Part shown: one piece after another, positions 59,201-64,000 of the stretch
Position numbering within the stretch: position 1 is the stretch's first letter
Layout: the number at the start of each line of letters is the position of its first letter
Assembly: GCA_016721825.1 (NCBI GenBank)
Contig: JADKHI010000001.1
Coordinates: forward strand, 512,314 to 576,313
Reading direction: 5' to 3'
Length of the DNA: 64,000 nucleotides
Origin: Flavobacteriales bacterium
GTDB lineage: Bacteria; Bacteroidota; Bacteroidia; Flavobacteriales_F; PHOS-HE28
Notes under the pieces: generated by a model
Told to the model about the DNA's origin: nothing
The model's database searches: none
Seen by the model: only the letters and a program-made list of their open reading frames with translations
Program-made: the position numbers and the translations under genes

Positions 59201-62200
59201 CTATTCCCGAATGAAGCGCGCGCGCGCCAAGCCTTGTCCGGTAGCGCTCTCTACCATCAGCACATAAGTGCCCGATGCCAGGTTCGATACATCGAGCGTG
59301 CCTGTAAACGGCATACCGAGCACACGTGCACCAATCACATCGAGCACAACAACCTGCTCAGCCTCCGGAGCCGAGCACTGGAAGAAGATGACCGTGCTCG
59401 AGGGGTTCGGGCGTACGACCATGACAGGAAGAGACTGATGCTCGTCCATGCCGATGAAGTCACATACGTCCCCCACCCCGTCACCATCGCTATCCGCCTG
59501 ATCCGTGTTTGAGATCCAAGGACAGTTGTCGCAGAGATCCCCATAGGCATCGGAATCGAAGTCGTCCTGCGCGGCATTGAAGAGGTCCGGGCAATTGTCA
59601 TTGCAATCCAGTGTGCCATCGCTATCGGAATCCTGATCGGGCTCCACACCTGTGGTCCCACCTGCGCATATTCCGCAGCCGTCCAAGGCTGCCGTTCCAC
59701 CGGGCACGCCGGCGCAATCGATCAGAAGGCCGATGCAGGCGCACGAAGAGGACCACGTATCCTGACCGGTCCCTGGATCATTGTCGTCGCACGCTGATCC
59801 AGGCAACGCAATTCCGCCGGGCACGCCAGCACAATCATAGGCCTGGCCTACGCAGGAGCAATTGCCCAGCCAGAGGTCATTGCCGGTGTTCGCATTGCCA
59901 TCGTCGCAGGAGGTACCAGGTAGGTCCGTGCCACCCGGTAGGCCTATGCAATCGATCAGTGCACCAACACAGGTACAGTCGTTCTGCCACGTATCATCAC
60001 CCGTGTCACTGTTGCCGTCGTCGCAAGGCGTTCCCGGTAGCAAAGGACCACCGATCACACCGGCACAATCGATCGGGGTGCCTGCACAGGAACAGTCGTT
60101 CTGCCACAGGTCCAGTCCGGTCCCTGGATTTCCATCGTCACATACCGAGCCGGGAAGGTCCGATCCACCGGGAACACCCGAGCAATCGATCAGCTCTCCA
60201 ACGCAAGTGCAATCCGACAGCCAGAGGTCGTTGCCGGTCGCCCCGTCGCCATCGTCACAGGGAACACCCGGCAATGCGGAACCTCCGGGCAGTCCAACGC
60301 AGTCGATCAGTTCACCGATGCAGGTGCAGTTGGACGTATAGCTGTCATCGCCCGTGGCAGCATCAAGATCGTCGCAAGGGGTGCCCACCAAGGCAGCGCC
60401 ACCAGGCACTCCTACACAATCAATGAAGGCGCCCGCGCAGCTACAATCCGACTGCCAGGCATCAGCACCTGTCGTGACATCACCATCGTCACAAGCAGAA
60501 CCAGGAAGAGAGGGGCCTCCGATCACTCCAAGGCAATCGATCAGCTCTCCAGCACAGATGCAGTTCGCCTGCCAACTATCGTTGCCGGTAAGGGTGTCCG
60601 CATCGTCACAGGGAATGCCAGGCAACGCGGTCCCTCCGATCACACCAAGACAATCGATCAAGGTTCCGGCGCAGGTGCAATCGGACTGCCAGAGGTCATC
60701 ACCCGTGGCGGCATTGGCATCATCGCAAACCGAACCTGCCAAAGCCGCACCACCAGGAACACCGAGGCAGTCGATGAAGGAACCGGCGCACGAGCAATCC
60801 AGCTGCCACTGATCAGCACCCGTCGCAGCGTCGAGGTCATCACAGGGAGACCCGGGCAATGCCGCTCCTCCTGCATCGCCCAAGCAATCGATCGTGTCAC
60901 CGGAACAGAGGCAATCCACCGTCCAACGATCATCGCCAGTGACCGGATCCTGGTCGTCACAAGGAGTTCCAGGCAACGCTGTGCCGCCGGATACTCCGAG
61001 GCAATCCTCCGCAGGGATGGAGGTGTTGCCATAGCTGATGCAGATCCGCGGGGCCTTTGCTGGATCCATGTTCCTGCTGAAGGCCTGCCGACGACCAGTG
61101 CCTTCCACAAAGAGCACCAAGGCATTGCCGGGGCTCCAGGCTGGACGTGAGATCACCTCCTGCACCAGGGTCGCGACATTCGGACTGCGCTGCGCGATCG
61201 AAGCTTCGTCCACGATCGTCCAGGGCTGCGGGGACCAGGCCACACTTGATGTGGTGCGGTTCCGCACGCTGAGGTTATACGGGAATAGGCCAAGGGCACC
61301 CGCGTTGTTCGAGGCTTGTGCTTCGATGACCAAAGCACTCGGGTCCACGTTGGCCGTTCCAGCCGCAGTGAACTGGAGATAGGCGGACACGATGTTGGCC
61401 GCATTGGGTACTTGTACACCTTGAAAGCGAAGCCCGACCACTTGCTCCCCTCGAGGGCTGCCGGGTTCACCATCCAAGGCCAGGTCCAACATACCCGTGT
61501 TCGGGTACATGGAACCGTTCGCAGCTTCCTCGGTATCCGGGTCCCCGGAATTTCCGACCGTGTAGCATACCGTGGAATCGATGCAGGCATTGTTTCCACC
61601 GCACACGCCACACTCATCAACCACAGCACCTCCACCGGGAACCCCGAAGCAGTCGATCAAAAGTCCGGCACATGCACAGTCGGTGCCCCAAACATCGTTC
61701 CCGGTACCCCCGGAACCATCATCACAAGGAGTGCCGGGCAATGCAGTGCCATTCACCGTGCCTTCGCAATCGACCGGCACACCATCGCAGGTGCAGGAAG
61801 CGCTCCAAGCATCCCCCACGGTCAGGAATTGTCCATCATCGCAAGGAGCTCCCGGCAGTGCGCCTCCACCGGGTTGGCCCAGGCAATCGATCACCTGACC
61901 AACGCATAGGCAACCAGCGGTCCACAAGTCGTCCCCGGTAGTGGCAAGGCCGTCATCACAAGAAGTTCCCGGCAAAGCCGACCCCTGCAATACACCCAAA
62001 CAATCGAACAAGGTGCCTGCGCATTGGCAGTTGGCCTGCCAGGTATCGTTGATGCTCAGGGGGTCACCGTCATCACACGGCGTTCCGGCAACAGCACTCC
62101 CCCCCAATTGACCGAGACAATCAAATTGAATGGAGGTTCCGGGCAGGTAGCTGATGCAGAGGCGTGCCGCCAACGACGTGTCCTGTTCCGCCTGCCAAGC

Positions 62201-64000
62201 CGAGCGGCTTCCTGTTCCGGAGAATGACACGACCATTGCGTTGCCCCCCGCCCAAAGCGGACGGCTTACGACCTGCTGAAGGATCGGAGAAAGATCCGGG
62301 GTGCGCTGATCAGGACCGCTTGCCCCGGCGACGGACCAAGCTGGAATGCTCCAAGCCACAGATCCAACATATCCCCGTGAGGAAAGTTCATTTGGAGAGA
62401 ATCCGATGGGCGGAGCATTATCCCCGTTCTGGACAGCGATCGAAAGCGCACTGGCTCCGGCATTCGTTCCATTCCGCGCTGTGAACTGGATGCGGGCCTG
62501 TACGAGCTGCGCACCCTGTGGTACTTGGATCTGGTCGAAGCGCAGCCCGATCAATTGATCACCCCGCCAATCCGGCGTTTCGCTGTCATGCACCAGATCA
62601 AGATCGCCTGTGGTCCCGTAGAGGTCGCCATTGACAGCCTCCTCCGCATCATCGGTTCCCACAATGATCCGGGAGCAGGTGGTAATGGCCCCGATCAAGC
62701 AGTCGTTGGTACCATTGCATACCCCGCAATCATCAACCACGGCGGTTCCGCCAGGAACACCAAGGCAATCGAGGCCCTGCCCTACACACTGGCACGCAGC
62801 CGACCATTGGTCGTTACCCGTGGCCGTATTGCCGTCGTCGCAAGATGATCCCGGCACGGCGGAGCCATTGGGAACCCCCAGACAGTCCAGCGGCGTCCCA
62901 GAGCAGACGCATGATCCATTGAGCACATCGTTCACGGTTGCGCCATTGCCATCGTCGCAGGCTGAACCGATCTGACCAAAGGCCGAAGGGCAGTTGTCCT
63001 GGGCATCACAGATCCCATCACCGTCGCCGTCAGGAAGAGCTGTTCCCACACATTGGCAGGAGGCATTGATCACGTCGTTGATGGTGCACGCGCTGCCATC
63101 GTTGCACGAAGCACCTGGGTTGGGACCGTTCGGACAGGGGTCGATGGCATTGCAAAGACCATCCCCATCATTGTCCGGAACAGTCGTTCCTAAACACTGG
63201 CAACTGGAGTTCAGGAGGTCGTTCGTGGTACATGCGTTCCCATCGTTGCAAGGCGATCCGATCGAACCGAAGACCGTCGGGCACAGATCCTGTGCATTGC
63301 AGATCCCGTCCCCGTCCGTGTCCGGGAGTGGGGTGAAAACACACGAGCCGCTCAAGCATTGGTCGCTCGTACACGGGTTGTTATCGTTGCAGGTAACTGG
63401 AGTGCCAACGCACTGGCAGCTCGCGTTCCACAGGTCATTCGTGGTGCAGCCATTCCCATCGTTGCAACCTGTTCCGGGAAGTGCTGTCCCACCAGGTACG
63501 CCAGCACAATCCAGGACGAGTCCGAGGCACTGGCAGGAAGTGTTCCACGTGTCGTTCGCCGTGTTCGAATTCCCATCGTTGCATGGTGTGCCCGGAAGTG
63601 CGGTCCCTCCAACAACCCCAAGACAATCCGTTTGAGCTCCGCCCATTACCAACGTCCCAACGACCCCTAGGCTGAGGTTGTAGTAGGAACCGCTGTAGCC
63701 CTGTTCCAACTTCAAGGCACGCACCATGTACCGCACATTGCCGCTCAAGCCCGTGGTGTTATCCACGTAGCTTGTACCGGTGACGGCCGAAGTGGTGCGG
63801 CGGTCCCAGTTCTGCGTGACCGTGTTGAAGCGGTACACGTGGTATCCCAGGACAGATTCCCAAGAGGCGGTCCACGCGATGTTCGCCGTCGTACTGGTCA
63901 ACGTGGTGCAGGTGACGTTGCTCGGCGGCGCCACGATGTGCATCCGCAGGCTCGGGTCTCCCATCAGTGTGATGTGCACACGACCATTGCTCGGGTTCGC
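59201..64000 (-). CDS. Second giant Cys-rich repeat T9SS cargo protein (paralog of 51255-59016); 5' end lies outside the window
   Basis: The ORF is open to the window edge (..ANPSNGRVHITLMGDPSLRM aligns with ..GPTHGRAHLGLMGDPALRM of the neighbour). It has more than 20 diverged ~41-aa repeats (IDCLGVPGGAALPGS.CDD....TG.D.WQ.DC.C.G.L). It also has two copies of a ~188-aa module, TSP3-like motifs and a CTD (VVRPNPSSTVIFF..GTYVLMV). Confidence 0.85.
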   Translation of the reverse strand, partial: ANPSNGRVHITLMGDPSLRMHIVAPPSNVTCTTLTSTTANIAWTASWESVLGYHVYRFNTVTQNWDRRTTSAVTGTSYVDNTTGLSGNVRYMVRALKLEQGYSGSYYNLSLGVVGTLVMGGAQTDCLGVVGGTALPGTPCNDGNSNTANDTWNTSCQCLGLVLDCAGVPGGTALPGTGCNDGNGCTTNDLWNASCQCVGTPVTCNDNNPCTSDQCLSGSCVFTPLPDTDGDGICNAQDLCPTVFGSIGSPCNDGNACTTNDLLNSSCQCLGTTVPDNDGDGLCNAIDPCPNGPNPGASCNDGSACTINDVINASCQCVGTALPDGDGDGICDAQDNCPSAFGQIGSACDDGNGATVNDVLNGSCVCSGTPLDCLGVPNGSAVPGSSCDDGNTATGNDQWSAACQCVGQGLDCLGVPGGTAVVDDCGVCNGTNDCLIGAITTCSRIIVGTDDAEEAVNGDLYGTTGDLDLVHDSETPDWRGDQLIGLRFDQIQVPQGAQLVQARIQFTARNGTNAGASALSIAVQNGDNAPPIGFSPNELSSRGYVGSVAWSIPAWSVAGASGPDQRTPDLSPILQQVVSRPLWAGGNAMVVSFSGTGSRSAWQAEQDTSLAARLCISYLPGTSIQFDCLGQLGGSAVAGTPCDDGDPLSINDTWQANCQCAGTLFDCLGVLQGSALPGTSCDDGLATTGDDLWTAGCLCVGQVIDCLGQPGGGALPGAPCDDGQFLTVGDAWSASCTCDGVPVDCEGTVNGTALPGTPCDDGSGGTGNDVWGTDCACAGLLIDCFGVPGGGAVVDECGVCGGNNACIDSTVCYTVGNSGDPDTEEAANGSMYPNTGMLDLALDGEPGSPRGEQVVGLRFQGVQVPNAANIVSAYLQFTAAGTANVDPSALVIEAQASNNAGALGLFPYNLSVRNRTTSSVAWSPQPWTIVDEASIAQRSPNVATLVQEVISRPAWSPGNALVLFVEGTGRRQAFSRNMDPAKAPRICISYGNTSIPAEDCLGVSGGTALPGTPCDDQDPVTGDDRWTVDCLCSGDTIDCLGDAGGAALPGSPCDDLDAATGADQWQLDCSCAGSFIDCLGVPGGAALAGSVCDDANAATGDDLWQSDCTCAGTLIDCLGVIGGTALPGIPCDDADTLTGNDSWQANCICAGELIDCLGVIGGPSLPGSACDDGDVTTGADAWQSDCSCAGAFIDCVGVPGGAALVGTPCDDLDAATGDDSYTSNCTCIGELIDCVGLPGGSALPGVPCDDGDGATGNDLWLSDCTCVGELIDCSGVPGGSDLPGSVCDDGNPGTGLDLWQNDCSCAGTPIDCAGVIGGPLLPGTPCDDGNSDTGDDTWQNDCTCVGALIDCIGLPGGTDLPGTSCDDGNANTGNDLWLGNCSCVGQAYDCAGVPGGIALPGSACDDNDPGTGQDTWSSSCACIGLLIDCAGVPGGTAALDGCGICAGGTTGVEPDQDSDSDGTLDCNDNCPDLFNAAQDDFDSDAYGDLCDNCPWISNTDQADSDGDGVGDVCDFIGMDEHQSLPVMVVRPNPSSTVIFFQCSAPEAEQVVVLDVIGARVLGMPFTGTLDVSNLASGTYVLMVESATGQGLARARFIRE

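Overview
GC-rich chromosomal segment (about 60% GC by eye, not computed). It most likely comes from a member of the Bacteroidota. Evidence: seven proteins end in T9SS type-A C-terminal sorting domains, a PorT-family gene follows ubiE, RpoD is short (about 290 aa), and several genes are preceded by the Bacteroidetes -7 promoter motif TAnnTTTG.

Housekeeping genes are confidently recognisable: two aminotransferases, meaB, an rfaE/hldE-type kinase, ubiE, a BamA/TamA-like OMP, fbaB, accD, rpsO, pnp, rpoD, rpe, purK, purE and pfkA. They are interleaved with accessory, secreted or surface genes.

Main accessory content:
1. A duplicated two-gene module: a small secreted protein plus a large multi-domain T9SS cargo (831-8265).
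2. A tandem family of three tail-fibre-like secreted paralogs. The first copy is broken and carries an AT-rich patch (8516-15224).
3. A translationally coupled operon of unknown function: nucleotidyltransferase-like protein, B12-binding radical SAM enzyme and two methyltransferases (32786-36773). A perfect 34-bp tandem duplication lies just upstream.
4. Two adjacent GEVED-domain T9SS proteins, one of them an M43 metalloprotease (37172-41502).
5. A TonB-dependent receptor operon with a (TG)16 microsatellite abutting the start codon of a lipoprotein gene (44398-48464).
6. Two tandem giant minus-strand T9SS cargo genes covering the last 12.7 kb. One contains about 31 near-identical 123-bp and 9 near-identical 147-bp coding repeats and is interrupted by a 2-bp deletion.

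I recognised no rRNA, tRNA, CRISPR array, transposase or integrase. All functional calls rest on motif recognition in the supplied translations. No database search, HMM or structure prediction was possible.
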